A stretch of 64,000 bases of DNA from Candidatus Cloacimonadales bacterium (lineage in GTDB: Bacteria; Cloacimonadota; Cloacimonadia; Cloacimonadales; JAIOQZ01): the NCBI GenBank assembly GCA_963665015.2, contig CAXXSY010000003.1, positions 64,373 through 128,372 on the forward strand, read 5' to 3'. The notes beneath the pieces are model-generated. The model was given only the letters and a program-made list of their open reading frames with translations, made no database searches and had not been told where the DNA came from. Below are positions 8,622-18,705 of the stretch, piece after piece; position 1 is the stretch's first letter; the number at the start of each line of letters is the position of its first letter. Made by a program: the position numbers and the translations under genes.

Positions 8622-9944
8622 TTATTCCATTAAGCTCTCTACCGGTGACGATTCCTTCGCAAAAGGCTTCCAGACGTATGAGATATTGAGCAGCGCCATC
8701 GCACCGCCGAGGATGACCCAAAAATAGATATGGCTGCTGATGGAACTCGGTATCGAAGCCGACACGACGAAGAGCGCCGAACCCGCCGCAAAACCCGCAT
8801 ACAGCCACCGGAGCTTTCCCTTGACCTTGATGGCGTAGTACAGATTCCCGATAACCAGATACCCGATCAGCGAGACCAGGAACAGAAAGACCGGCAGTCC
8901 GTCCGTGGCGAGCTTTTCCATAAAGAAATTATGTGTGATGGTCACTTGCGCGGTGTCCTTCAATCGCGGTGTTCGCATGTAGCGGGAGAAGTTGCCCGAT
9001 CCCACGCCGGTGTAGTTCGATTCTTCCGTGATCTCGAGGGCGTGCTTGAGCAGGTTGACGCGGGTCTCGATCGATTCGAGCTTGTGGCTCTTGCTTTCTT
9101 GCTGGATCGAGAGCAGCTCGCGGTCCAAGAATTTAGACACAATCTGATACTCGGCGGGGTACATCCGGATGAATCCAGCGAACAGAAGCCAGATCAGCGC
9201 GGCGATCACAATCTTCGCCTTCCAGTTCACGAACAGAAGGTAGAAGACAAGAGCTTCACCAATGAACGCGACCAGGCTTAGCCGGGAGCCCTCGAGCAGC
9301 ATGGTGATGAAGATCAGGATGGTAACGACGAACGCCAGCGCGTTGAACCAGCGATTCCGTAGCGCCTTTACCAGCGCGAACATGAACGGCGAGAGGATCA
9401 GCAGCGCCGAGGCGAAATCGTTTACGTTGTAGAACGGTCCGTTGGGCACGAAGGGGAATGTGTCCAGCCTTGCCACGCTGGAGGTTTCGAAGTGGTTGAA
9501 CGTTATCATTTCCCAACAGGATATGGCAATGAAGACCAGCAGGATGAAATTGAAGAAGTACAACAGGAACCAGGCGCGCTCGATCCGGTCGATCATGAAC
9601 AGCATCAGAAGCACGAAGATCAAGTAACCGAAATTGAAAAAACCGTTCAGAAGCGCCAGCCTGATATCGCTTGCCCAAAGCACGCCGGTCAGGACATAGG
9701 AGTCCCAGATCACCAGCAGTCCGACAATCAGGATGCTCGTCAGGGACAGACTGTGCTTTTCGTGCCGTCCCAGGGTCACGAGCATGTATATGCCGAGAAG
9801 AAACAAGCCGGTCAGTAGGTTGTACCTGATCATTCTGCCAACATGGAAGAACGACTGGAAAAAGCTGTAAAGCAGGTAAACGAACGTTACGAGGAGCAGG
9901 ATCCGGACCAGGAAATCCGGTCTATTCCTTTGCTCGATTACCAT
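8622..9944 (-). CDS. O-antigen ligase / Wzy-like polytopic membrane protein
   Basis: At least 10 hydrophobic helices and a periplasmic loop with the motif THNFFMEKLATDGLP, typical of the O-antigen ligase-like family. It lies next to a Wzz-like gene. Confidence 0.6.
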   Translation of the reverse strand: MVIEQRNRPDFLVRILLLVTFVYLLYSFFQSFFHVGRMIRYNLLTGLFLLGIYMLVTLGRHEKHSLSLTSILIVGLLVIWDSYVLTGVLWASDIRLALLNGFFNFGYLIFVLLMLFMIDRIERAWFLLYFFNFILLVFIAISCWEMITFNHFETSSVARLDTFPFVPNGPFYNVNDFASALLILSPFMFALVKALRNRWFNALAFVVTILIFITMLLEGSRLSLVAFIGEALVFYLLFVNWKAKIVIAALIWLLFAGFIRMYPAEYQIVSKFLDRELLSIQQESKSHKLESIETRVNLLKHALEITEESNYTGVGSGNFSRYMRTPRLKDTAQVTITHNFFMEKLATDGLPVFLFLVSLIGYLVIGNLYYAIKVKGKLRWLYAGFAAGSALFVVSASIPSSISSHIYFWVILGGAMALLNISYVWKPFAKESSPVESLME

Positions 9945-11103
9945 ACAGGAGAATCCTGAATATCTTTTTCAGTCGGTTACGGATATCGTCGTCGATCAAC
10001 CCATGCAGAATCGCGAGTATGCTCGAGAACATCAAGGCAGCAAAGAAGACGACAATACAGGTCAGTCCCCGTCTCGGCTTGGTTCGAATTCCCGTCACGT
10101 ACGCCTTGTCGATAATCTGAATCGTGGGCAGATCGCGTACCTCTTCGATCTTCGAGCTCTCGAATTCCGGCAGAAGGTATTTATAGGTTGTCTCCAGCAG
10201 CGTCAGCTTCATCCTGAGCTCTGTATATTTTCTCAGTTTTTCGGGCAGCGAATTCAACGCGATCAGATACGAACTGCCGTCCATATCCTCGGTTCCCGTT
10301 TCCATCTCTCGCAGCTTGCGTGTGAGGACATTTTTCTGTTCCCGGAGCGAGAGCGTCGCGGGATCTTCGGCACGACCGTATTCACGCATATAGTCGAGCT
10401 CGAGTTCGGTCTTGAATAGCTTGGACGCAAGCTCCGTATAGACGCCCATAATCCCCTGAAGCTGATCTGAGGTATCGAAGATTTTATTGGTCTCCTGAAA
10501 ATCCTGAACCAGAGAGGCTACGGAATCCATCTCCGCCTCGATCTCTTTCAACCTCGTCTCGATGAATATTCGCTTGTCCCGACCGCGCGAACGACGATCG
10601 AAACGGTTGTACTGGTCGAGCTGCTCGACAACGTAGTTGGCGATATCGGCAGAAAGCTGATTGTTCTCCGTCTCGGCGCTGATGTAGATGAATCCGCTGT
10701 CGATGTCGTAATAAATCTGGATAATGGTTTCGTACAACAACAGATACGCGATGTCCAGCGCTTTCAGGGTATCTGTCTCTTCGATCTTGAGCAGATTGAT
10801 CATGTCGAATTCTTCGATGATCTTGTATGCGAATGTCCTCGATGTCATGATCGCCACCAGCTCTTCCTGCTCGAGCGAGGCCCCGCCCAAAAGCGACGAA
10901 TAGCCGCCCAGAAGCGATGAGAGCATACCGGTGTCCGTTGCCTCAAGCGGGTAGATCACAGCAGTCGATTTCCAGTACTTGGGTACCAGCATCACATAGA
11001 TTACAACCGCGATACTGGCGATCGCGACAAACGATATTATGAACTTTTTATGCCTGGCGAGAATCTCCAGGATATCGAGCAAATCAAGTTGTTTGACGTT
11101 CAT
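9922..11103 (-). CDS. polysaccharide chain-length determinant (Wzz/GumC-like) protein
   Basis: N-terminal Wzz signature (LDLLDILEILARHKKFIISFVAIASIAVVIYVML.PKYWKST), a long coiled-coil middle region and a C-terminal TM helix. Confidence 0.65.
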   Translation of the reverse strand: MNVKQLDLLDILEILARHKKFIISFVAIASIAVVIYVMLVPKYWKSTAVIYPLEATDTGMLSSLLGGYSSLLGGASLEQEELVAIMTSRTFAYKIIEEFDMINLLKIEETDTLKALDIAYLLLYETIIQIYYDIDSGFIYISAETENNQLSADIANYVVEQLDQYNRFDRRSRGRDKRIFIETRLKEIEAEMDSVASLVQDFQETNKIFDTSDQLQGIMGVYTELASKLFKTELELDYMREYGRAEDPATLSLREQKNVLTRKLREMETGTEDMDGSSYLIALNSLPEKLRKYTELRMKLTLLETTYKYLLPEFESSKIEEVRDLPTIQIIDKAYVTGIRTKPRRGLTCIVVFFAALMFSSILAILHGLIDDDIRNRLKKIFRILLYGNRAKE

Positions 11104-11201
11104 GCATTTACCTCTTTCATGATTGGTCAGGTTCCATGCGCCTTTGAATCTGTCAAGAAAAGAAGCGTCGGGCAGCGCTCTCCAATCGATTTGTGTCGAA
11201 T

Positions 11202-12338
11202 CTACGTAAGAGAGTTGTAATTATCTATCACCTCACGATATACGATGCGGTTTGTCTCCAGAATCGTTTCGATATCGGGATGAATTACGTTGTCGCAACG
11301 ATCCATATAATTTCGCAAGATGGTCTCGATCTGTCGGAACGATATCTTCCTGGTCAGGAAAAGCTCGATGGCAGCCTCGTTCGCAGCGTTCAGAATCGTG
11401 GGCATTAATCCCCCTTTTCTCGCAACCTCCAGCGCAAGAAAGAACACCGGGTACCGCTCCTTTTCGACCGTCTCAAACGTCAATTCGGCCAGATCGGCGG
11501 CTTTCGTGCGAACCAGGTCCGATTGAATCCGCTCCGGATAGCCCAGCGCGTAGAGGATGGGCAACTTCATGGATGGCGTGCTCATCTGGGAGAGGATCGA
11601 GCCGTCGATGAACTCGACCATCGAGTGGACGATCGACTGCGGATGGATCAGCGCTTCGATATGGTCGTAGGGAATGCCGAACAGCCAGTGCGCCTCCATC
11701 ACCTCGAGCGCTTTGTTCATCATGGTCGAAGAATCGATGGTGACCTTGGCGCCCATGTCCCAGGTGGGATGCTTGAGTGCGTCCTGTGGCGTGATCGTGT
11801 CGAATCGATCCAGCGGCATCGTGCGGAACGGTCCGCCCGACGCGGTGAGAAGCAGTCGGTCGATCTCGCGTCTGGGGCTCTGCCCGATGACCTGGAACAA
11901 CGCGCTGTGCTCGCTATCGACCGGGATCAGTCGCGCGCCGGTCTCGCGGCAGATTTCGGTAACCAGATGCCCCGCCATCACCAGCGATTCCTTGTTCGCC
12001 AGCGCGACATCCTTGCCGCGTCGGACCGCTTCGATGGTGTAGATCAGTCCCGCGGAACCGGATACCGCGTTGAGCACGATATCGTAATCGGCGTGGCGCA
12101 GCAGATCGAGCAGCGCTTCGCTGCCGGTTGCCATGCCCTCCGGAATACCGGCGATGGAGCCGTCGGTGATGACCGGGTGCAGGATGTCGAATTCGATGGA
12201 GCGTTCAATGAGGTTGTCGAGGTTTCGGTGCGTCGATGCGATGACGATCTCGAATCGATCGCGGTGGTGCCGGACGACGTCGATTGTCGATGTCCCGATC
12301 GATCCCGAAACACCCAGAATGGCGATTTTCTTCTTCAT
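11202..12338 (-). CDS. dxr: 1-deoxy-D-xylulose-5-phosphate reductoisomerase
   Basis: MKKKIAILGVSGSIGTSTIDV NADPH motif, then LANKESLV, DSEHSA, NKALEVMEAHWLF. Confidence 0.92.
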   Translation of the reverse strand: MKKKIAILGVSGSIGTSTIDVVRHHRDRFEIVIASTHRNLDNLIERSIEFDILHPVITDGSIAGIPEGMATGSEALLDLLRHADYDIVLNAVSGSAGLIYTIEAVRRGKDVALANKESLVMAGHLVTEICRETGARLIPVDSEHSALFQVIGQSPRREIDRLLLTASGGPFRTMPLDRFDTITPQDALKHPTWDMGAKVTIDSSTMMNKALEVMEAHWLFGIPYDHIEALIHPQSIVHSMVEFIDGSILSQMSTPSMKLPILYALGYPERIQSDLVRTKAADLAELTFETVEKERYPVFFLALEVARKGGLMPTILNAANEAAIELFLTRKISFRQIETILRNYMDRCDNVIHPDIETILETNRIVYREVIDNYNSLT

Positions 12339-12347
12339 GATTGCCCG

Positions 12348-13301
12348 TTAGAATTGGAGCCCCAGGGAGACGCGATGCGAATCCTCGAGTTCGGTATTCT
12401 GTTCGAAGGCGTAGTGCAATTCGAGCGGTAGCAGGCTGAGTGTCACGCCTGCGGTGACGTTCTCGACGTCGTATCCGAGGAACAGCGCCAACACTTCGTG
12501 TGCCTGAACGGCCATGCCCGCATGGTAGTCGAGACTCATGAATCCCACTGAGGTGGTCGCACTCTCTTCGCGATCTTCGAAGTAGGTTTCGATCCCGCCA
12601 ATCAGACTGACCGGGCACTTGATCCACGGCAGATTGAAGTGCAGGTTCGTCTCCAGATCGAGCCCGGGATTGACCGTCTCGTGGGTACCGTTCTCCCAGA
12701 ATATCTGCGTACTGAAGAAGTCGCGCAGCTTCGCGCCGACAGTCAGGTAACCGGTGGGCTCGTACCAGGTGGAAAGGTCGGCGCCAAACCCGTATCCGCC
12801 CTCGTCCGCCAGAACGCGGTAGGCGAATTTCGGGGTAATGCCGAGAGGAATCTTGCCCACATGGGTCGCAAATCCGGCGTAGAGAATATAGTCCGCGTTG
12901 TTCACGCTGTCGTATTCGTAGGGTTTGTTGTTCGCGGAGAGCGTATCGTCGGGATTCTCCTTCCGGGTCAACGGAATATCGTCGATACCGATGCGCGAAA
13001 TGACGATCGAGAAGGGATGTTTCGAACCGACCACGCCCGACACGGTGTCGTACTGGAATTCGCCCAGTTCTTCCGCGTGCATCAGCTCGACGCGCGTATT
13101 CTGCTTCTTCGTGAGCAGGGACGCGTTCCAGTATGCCAGCGCGGGTGAGTCGCTGTCCGTCAGGCCTGTACCGCCCATGGCGTAATTACGCACACCGGCG
13201 CCCATCCGAAATATCTCACCGGCGTATTTTTCCGCATGCAATGTGGCCGCACCCATCACAACTATTATCAGCATCCATTTGAGAGCCCCGTTCATCATCA
13301 C
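12348..13301 (-). CDS. outer-membrane beta-barrel protein, PorV/PorQ-like
   Basis: Signal peptide. N-terminal GAGVRNYAMGGTGLTDSDSPALAYWNASLL resembles the PorV/PorQ/UPF0164 signature. Alternating beta-strand pattern and a terminal aromatic residue (LGLQF). Confidence 0.5.
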   Translation of the reverse strand: MMMNGALKWMLIIVVMGAATLHAEKYAGEIFRMGAGVRNYAMGGTGLTDSDSPALAYWNASLLTKKQNTRVELMHAEELGEFQYDTVSGVVGSKHPFSIVISRIGIDDIPLTRKENPDDTLSANNKPYEYDSVNNADYILYAGFATHVGKIPLGITPKFAYRVLADEGGYGFGADLSTWYEPTGYLTVGAKLRDFFSTQIFWENGTHETVNPGLDLETNLHFNLPWIKCPVSLIGGIETYFEDREESATTSVGFMSLDYHAGMAVQAHEVLALFLGYDVENVTAGVTLSLLPLELHYAFEQNTELEDSHRVSLGLQF

Positions 13302-13340
13302 CTCATCCTATGTGTTTATCGATACAACGCTTTCGCGATG

Positions 13341-15542
13341 TCAGCGTTTCATTTCTACCGGAGCCGTCTGCACGAAACTCCCCAGAATTCTTTTCAGTGC
13401 GCCGCCCTCGAACGAGATGGTCAACTTGGCGTTTTCGCCCGTACCATCCACACTCAGGATCGTTCCCCTGCCGAAGTTCTTGTGCAGCACCTTTTGCCCG
13501 ATCTTGTAAAATTTCTGCGATTCGAGAATCACATCCGCCTTGCTGGCTTCCTTCCTTGGAGAGACCCGTGTCGGGCTAGCTTTCACCTCGTAGAAATCCG
13601 AACCGGCGAGGTGCAGATACTCCTCGTCCATCTCTTTCAGAAACCTGCTCGGAATCGTCGGCTCGATGGTGTTGTACTCCCGCCGCCAGCGACTGTAGCT
13701 GAGCCACAGCGAACGCTTCGCGCGCGTAATGGCAACATAGAGCAGTCGTCGTTCCTCTTCAAGTTTTTTTTCGTCGTCGAGGTTCAGACGATGCGGAATC
13801 AGTCCGTCGCAGATACCGCTGATCAGTACGTGGTCAAACTCCAGTCCCTTTGCGTTGTGCATGGTCATGAGCTGCACCACGCCCTGTTCGTCCGACGCGG
13901 TGTCCAGATCGGTCTGGAGCGTCACGTTTTGCAGGTAGTCGCCGAGTAGCGGCGGATTCTCGTTGTCGATGGAAAATTCTTCCGTATAATCGCGTGCTGC
14001 CGCCATGAGTTCCTTGAGGTTGTCCGCGCGGGTAGCGTCCTGGATATCGCCGGTCGATTCGTAGAGCCGGATCAATCCCAATTCGGTGATGACCCGTTCG
14101 ATCACATTCGCCACCGGCTCGGTCTCCGCCAGGACACGCCATTTCTCGATCATTTCGGCGAATTCCTTCACATGCTTGATAGCGGAAGCGCTCAGAAGTG
14201 GATTTTTCTCCACCTCCTGCACCGCACGGTAGAGGTTCATCTCGTACTTGATGGCGTAATCGAGCAGCCTGCCGACGGTCGTGTTACCGATCTTGCGCGA
14301 GGGGTAGTTGATGATGCGCACCAGGCTCTCGCCGTCGTCCGGATTCACCAGCACGCGCAGGTAGCTGAGGATGTCCTTGATCTCCTTGCGCTGGAAGAAA
14401 TTGACTCCGCCCACCACCGTGTAGGGAAGCTGGCGCTTGGCGAATTCCTGCTCCAGCACGCGCGACTGGGCGTTGGTGCGGAACAGCACCGCGATATCGG
14501 AGAGCGCTTCTTTGCCTCGTAGCGCCTCGATCCGGTCCGCGATCGCCTTCGCCTCTTTCCGTTCGTCGTCGAAGATCGAAAGCTCGGGCATCTCGCCCTT
14601 TCCCTTATCGCTCCAGAGGTCTTTGACGTGTCGGCCGTTGTTGTTCTTGATGAGGCTGTTCGCGAGGTCGAGGATCGTCTGCGTGGAACGATAGTTCTGC
14701 TCCAGCCGGATAGTCTTCACGCTGCCGTAATCCTTCTCGAAGCGCAGGATATTCTCCACGTCGGCACCGCGCCATCCGTAGATCGCCTGGTCGTCGTCGC
14801 CCACCACACAGAGGTTCTGGTGATCCTTCGCCAGCAGGTTGATGATCTTGAACTGCGCGTAGTTGGTGTCCTGATATTCGTCGATCATGATGTAGCGGAA
14901 CTGGCCGGCGTATTTCTGCCGTACCTCTTCGTCCCGGTCGAACAGAAACGCGGTTTGCAGGAGCAAATCGTCGAAGTCGAGCGCGTTGTTTTTCAAGAGA
15001 TCGCTCGTGTATGCCTGGTAGATTTTGTGAAAGACTTTCGTCCACTGGTTCTCGTCCTGGAATTCGAAGAAATCCTCGGGGCGGATGAGGTTATTCTTGT
15101 TGCAGCTTATCAGGCTGTGTATTTTGCTGGGCGGAAAGGCCTTGCTGTCGATATCCAGCCGCTTGATGATGCGCTTGACGAGTGTCTTCTGATCGTCGGC
15201 GTCGTAGATCACGAAATTCGATTTGAAAGGCAGCCGGTCGCTCTCGTAGCGCAGAATGCGACTGCATATGCTGTGGAAAGTTCCCACCCACAGGTTGCGC
15301 GTCTGAAGCTGGAAGGTGGATTCGAGACGATCCCGAAGCTCCCGCGCGGCCTTGTTGGTGAAGGTTACGATCAGGATGTGATTGGGATAGACGCGCCTCT
15401 CCCGGATCAGCCAGGCGGTACGGAAGATCACTGAGCGGGTCTTTCCACTCCCTGCGCCGGCGAGGACCAGAACCGGTCCGTCAACTGCCTGTACGACTTC
15501 CTGCTGGCGCGAATTCAGATCGCGTAGCAGCGAATCATTCAA
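13341..15542 (-). CDS. uvrD: ATP-dependent DNA helicase UvrD/PcrA
   Basis: Walker A AGAGSGKT, DEYQDTN, TFTNKAA, TMHNAKGLEF, VAITRA, and a C-terminal Tudor-like GQKVLHKNFGRGTI. Confidence 0.9.
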   Translation of the reverse strand: MNDSLLRDLNSRQQEVVQAVDGPVLVLAGAGSGKTRSVIFRTAWLIRERRVYPNHILIVTFTNKAARELRDRLESTFQLQTRNLWVGTFHSICSRILRYESDRLPFKSNFVIYDADDQKTLVKRIIKRLDIDSKAFPPSKIHSLISCNKNNLIRPEDFFEFQDENQWTKVFHKIYQAYTSDLLKNNALDFDDLLLQTAFLFDRDEEVRQKYAGQFRYIMIDEYQDTNYAQFKIINLLAKDHQNLCVVGDDDQAIYGWRGADVENILRFEKDYGSVKTIRLEQNYRSTQTILDLANSLIKNNNGRHVKDLWSDKGKGEMPELSIFDDERKEAKAIADRIEALRGKEALSDIAVLFRTNAQSRVLEQEFAKRQLPYTVVGGVNFFQRKEIKDILSYLRVLVNPDDGESLVRIINYPSRKIGNTTVGRLLDYAIKYEMNLYRAVQEVEKNPLLSASAIKHVKEFAEMIEKWRVLAETEPVANVIERVITELGLIRLYESTGDIQDATRADNLKELMAAARDYTEEFSIDNENPPLLGDYLQNVTLQTDLDTASDEQGVVQLMTMHNAKGLEFDHVLISGICDGLIPHRLNLDDEKKLEEERRLLYVAITRAKRSLWLSYSRWRREYNTIEPTIPSRFLKEMDEEYLHLAGSDFYEVKASPTRVSPRKEASKADVILESQKFYKIGQKVLHKNFGRGTILSVDGTGENAKLTISFEGGALKRILGSFVQTAPVEMKR

Positions 15543-15948
15543 CGCGGATTCCCTGCGGTGCGGAAAGCGGTCCGATCAATCCTTCCTCGCTCCTTCCCGC
15601 GAGTCGGTACCAGTAGTAGTTACCGGAATAGACCCTGTTGTCGCGATAGGTATATCTGGTCGAATCGGAGGTGTTGGGGATTCCGTCGGGGAAAAGGTTT
15701 TCGTAGGAGCCGTTATAGTCGAGAGCCCTGTAGATCAGGTAGTTATCCACGCCTTCCGATTTGTTCCATTCGACCTCGACCCACTTCGAAGTAGAACCGG
15801 AGCCGGAAGCCGTGATGTCTTCGATCTTTATTTCGCTGGGAACGTCGATGTTACCGTTGTTCTCCGGATCGAGCGGATTGCTTCGTTCCAGATCGCATGA
15901 CAGAGCGACAATCGCGACGACTGCCAGGACAAACAATAGCTTCTTCAT
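15535..15948 (-). CDS. lipoprotein with fibronectin-type-III-like domain
   Basis: The start is moved to the ATG at 15948 (MKKLLFVLAVVAIVALSC lipobox). WVEVEWNKSEGVDNYLIYRA...YYWYRLAG resembles Fn3. The ORF-track start adds a His/Arg-rich extension that overlaps the upstream gene. Confidence 0.5.
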   Translation of the reverse strand: MKKLLFVLAVVAIVALSCDLERSNPLDPENNGNIDVPSEIKIEDITASGSGSTSKWVEVEWNKSEGVDNYLIYRALDYNGSYENLFPDGIPNTSDSTRYTYRDNRVYSGNYYWYRLAGRSEEGLIGPLSAPQGIRVE

Positions 15949-15950
15949 GA

Positions 15951-16526
15951 TCAGAACCTCACGGATATGCCTGTGGGCGTGATAATGACATTCTGGCGGT
16001 TGTATTCGCGGATGATGTCGTTCCACAGGTTGCTGTTGTAGTCTTCGGTAACGTTGACCGTGTCGTAGAGCGTATAGGCCCAGACGAGGATCGCCAGCCC
16101 GAGGAACGCCTGCGAATAGCGATAGGGCTCGAGCGCATCGTTGTAATTCTGGTTCATCTCGTCGATCTGGTCGGAATTCTTGTACTTGTCATAGCTGTCC
16201 ATCGCCTGATCGTAGAAGTAGAGCGAGCTTCCCAGCAGGACGACCTCCATACCGAGCAGAATCTGTCCCTTGGTATAGCTCTTGGCGGAGAAGTGTCCCC
16301 AGCCGGGAATGAGCGCCGATTTCGCCAGACTTCCGGCGGCGGTCAGCTTGTTCATGCGATAGATTTGCAGAAGGCGCTGCCGTTCCTGAAGGTCCATCTT
16401 CGCCTCGTTCCGCTGCTCGAAGTCATCCCAACCGTACTTTTGTGGGTCGGTGAACTTCTCCAGATCGAAATCCTGTGCGAACAGGATCGAGAACAGGCAC
16501 GCCATAATGAGTATCGTTCGTTTCAT
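15951..16526 (-). CDS. DUF5683-like membrane protein
   Basis: Start at 16526 (MKRTILIMACLFSILFA). SALIPGWGHF followed by two TM helices matches the DUF5683 pattern as I recall it. Confidence 0.4.
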   Translation of the reverse strand: MKRTILIMACLFSILFAQDFDLEKFTDPQKYGWDDFEQRNEAKMDLQERQRLLQIYRMNKLTAAGSLAKSALIPGWGHFSAKSYTKGQILLGMEVVLLGSSLYFYDQAMDSYDKYKNSDQIDEMNQNYNDALEPYRYSQAFLGLAILVWAYTLYDTVNVTEDYNSNLWNDIIREYNRQNVIITPTGISVRF

Positions 16527-16568
16527 GTATTTATCCATAAATAGCCGTGTATTCCGCATGGGTCATCC

Positions 16569-17981
16569 CTATTCCAGTAGTTCGTCGCTTGTCTTGTTCA
16601 AGGGCGATACGGATCGATCTTTGAGGTTGACCAGCCATCCGAGGAAATAGCTCTTGTCCGGCGTGGTGATATCGTACAGAACCTCGTATTTCGCCTCGCC
16701 CACCGAGAGGATATAGCGCCATCCGGTGGAGCTGAGCAGGTCTCCGTACTGCATTAGCAATTCCTGTTCGAGCTGGCTGACGGCGCGAATGATCCGTCCG
16801 CTCCGGTAGTTATTGATAATTCTGCGTGCAAACGCGACAGGGTCCTTCTCGATCTCGATCATGTTGGACATCAGGAACGCCTTGTCCTTGTATGCGTTCA
16901 AGGCATCCAGCTTGTACGCCCGACGATAGAACTGAAGCGCTGTAGCCCATTCTTCTTTTTTCTCGGCTTCCTGTCCTTCGAGGCTGAGCCGGTTCGCCTG
17001 TATAATATTCTGCTTCAGGATGTTCGCTTCCGAGATGGCGATTGCCGCTGGCTCGTAGTCCGCGATGATGTTGAAGCAACGACCGTAGATCGCGATCGCC
17101 TCGTCGATGCGGCGCTCCCGAAGAAGCTCGTCGCCCTTCTCCGTAAACTTCGAGCAGATGTCGATCAGCCGCGCATCGACCATATCCTTCTTGGTTGGAT
17201 CGAATTCGACGACGAAGTGATAGGTCTCTTCCGCCTTCACATATTCGCCTTCTTCGACCTGTTTCTCCGCCAGCTTCATGTAGAGGTCGCTCAGCTCGAG
17301 ATAGATACGATCCTTGAACGAGGATGGATACCGCTCGAGGTAAAAGAGTCGCTCCAGCGCGTGACGGTAATCTTCCGAATACTGAAGCTCGACAGCCTCG
17401 TCGATGTAGCGATCCATGAAGCGATCGATATACGGCTGCGCGGCGGCCATGTAGTCGCTGTCCGGAAAACGCTGGAAGAGGATTTCGTAGTTCTCCCAGG
17501 CGGATACATCGTCGTTTCGAAGGTCCATGAATATCTGGATCCGGTTAAAGAGTATCTCGGGGATCAGCTCCGAGCCGGGAAGGTTATCGACGATCATGGT
17601 GTAGTACGCGAGCGTGATATCGAATTCCTTGCGCTCGTATGCCGCCTGCGCGAGGCTGAAGTAGCAATTGTCCATCACCTCGTCGGCCTTGTCCGAATTC
17701 GCCAGGAAGAAGAATCGGATCGCCAGCTTCCACTTATCGGTGTTGTACGATTTGATTCCCAACTGGTAGTAGCACTCGGAGCGTGCCAGTTCGGCTTCGG
17801 TCCTCTTCGCGCCGTTTTTGGCGACGGCGATAAAGTCGTCGTATCGCTCGATCGCGGCGGCGTACTTGCTTCGAGCCTGAAGGCTCTGCGCGATCGAATA
17901 ATTCGACGTGCAGCCGGTGATAACAAGCGCAACGGCGATGATTGCGAATATGAAACTAAAGTATGATTTCCTTCTCTTCAT
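16569..17981 (-). CDS. TPR-like repeat lipoprotein
   Basis: Lipobox VALVITGC, then repeated helical A/Y/L units along 470 aa. Confidence 0.5.
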   Translation of the reverse strand: MKRRKSYFSFIFAIIAVALVITGCTSNYSIAQSLQARSKYAAAIERYDDFIAVAKNGAKRTEAELARSECYYQLGIKSYNTDKWKLAIRFFFLANSDKADEVMDNCYFSLAQAAYERKEFDITLAYYTMIVDNLPGSELIPEILFNRIQIFMDLRNDDVSAWENYEILFQRFPDSDYMAAAQPYIDRFMDRYIDEAVELQYSEDYRHALERLFYLERYPSSFKDRIYLELSDLYMKLAEKQVEEGEYVKAEETYHFVVEFDPTKKDMVDARLIDICSKFTEKGDELLRERRIDEAIAIYGRCFNIIADYEPAAIAISEANILKQNIIQANRLSLEGQEAEKKEEWATALQFYRRAYKLDALNAYKDKAFLMSNMIEIEKDPVAFARRIINNYRSGRIIRAVSQLEQELLMQYGDLLSSTGWRYILSVGEAKYEVLYDITTPDKSYFLGWLVNLKDRSVSPLNKTSDELLE

Positions 17982-18705
17982 CAGCTATCTCGAATATTTC
18001 GTTTTCCCGCTCTTTCAGCATTTTCTGAAGTTCCTGCGAGACTCCGTGTGTCAAAATGATTCGTGCAATTTCGTCTTCGCGGAGAGCGTAGAGGTCCTCC
18101 GCTTTCGGGTGCAGTCCATCCACGATAAGGATATCGGTGCGCACCAGATGATTTCCCAGGGATGTCAGCTTCAGGATGTCCGAAGTGTAGATCACCTTTT
18201 TATCAAACTCGATCTCTTCTTCCTCCACCACGAATGAAAAACTCTTCATCTCATTAGCAAGATGTTTGTCGCGTACCACCTTGGCATAGCTTTGCAGGTG
18301 ATCGGACTCCAGCGGTGTCATAAAGGGCAGCGTTTCGCTCAGCTCCTCCATCGGCTTGAAAAAGATGCTGAAGTGGAATTTCTCCGGGATGGTGTAGAAC
18401 ATGTGCATGGTATCGATGAAATCCTTCACCCTTTCCGGCAGGAAAACGGTCAGGTTCTTGACACGGTGCTGCAAGTACATCATCTGGATCAGCATGAAGA
18501 AGCCGGCGACATGATCCGGATGGTAGTGCGAGATGATCACGTAGTCGATCACGTCTCCGTCGAGCTCGTATTTCATCAGTTGTTGGGATACGCCCTCACC
18601 GCAATCGATCAGGATGTTCTTCCCGTGGGTGTAAAACCAGAGCGCCGAGTGGTTCTTGTCCGGAACGGGAATGCCTGGAGCGGAACCGAGTATTCTGATT
18701 TTCAT
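17956..18705 (-). CDS. MBL-fold metallo-hydrolase
   Basis: HxHxDH motif (ISHYHPDHVAG) and an early D.G.G motif (LIDCGEG). Confidence 0.7.
   Translation of the reverse strand: MKIRILGSAPGIPVPDKNHSALWFYTHGKNILIDCGEGVSQQLMKYELDGDVIDYVIISHYHPDHVAGFFMLIQMMYLQHRVKNLTVFLPERVKDFIDTMHMFYTIPEKFHFSIFFKPMEELSETLPFMTPLESDHLQSYAKVVRDKHLANEMKSFSFVVEEEEIEFDKKVIYTSDILKLTSLGNHLVRTDILIVDGLHPKAEDLYALREDEIARIILTHGVSQELQKMLKERENEIFEIADEEKEIIL

Noticed and set aside
10078-10100. A tRNA-like T-loop motif, ggttcgaattcc (with similar ggttcgatcc at 24058 and gttcgaacc at 5244).
   Set aside because: The flanking bases do not form a T stem or acceptor stem, and all of them lie inside well-supported coding regions.
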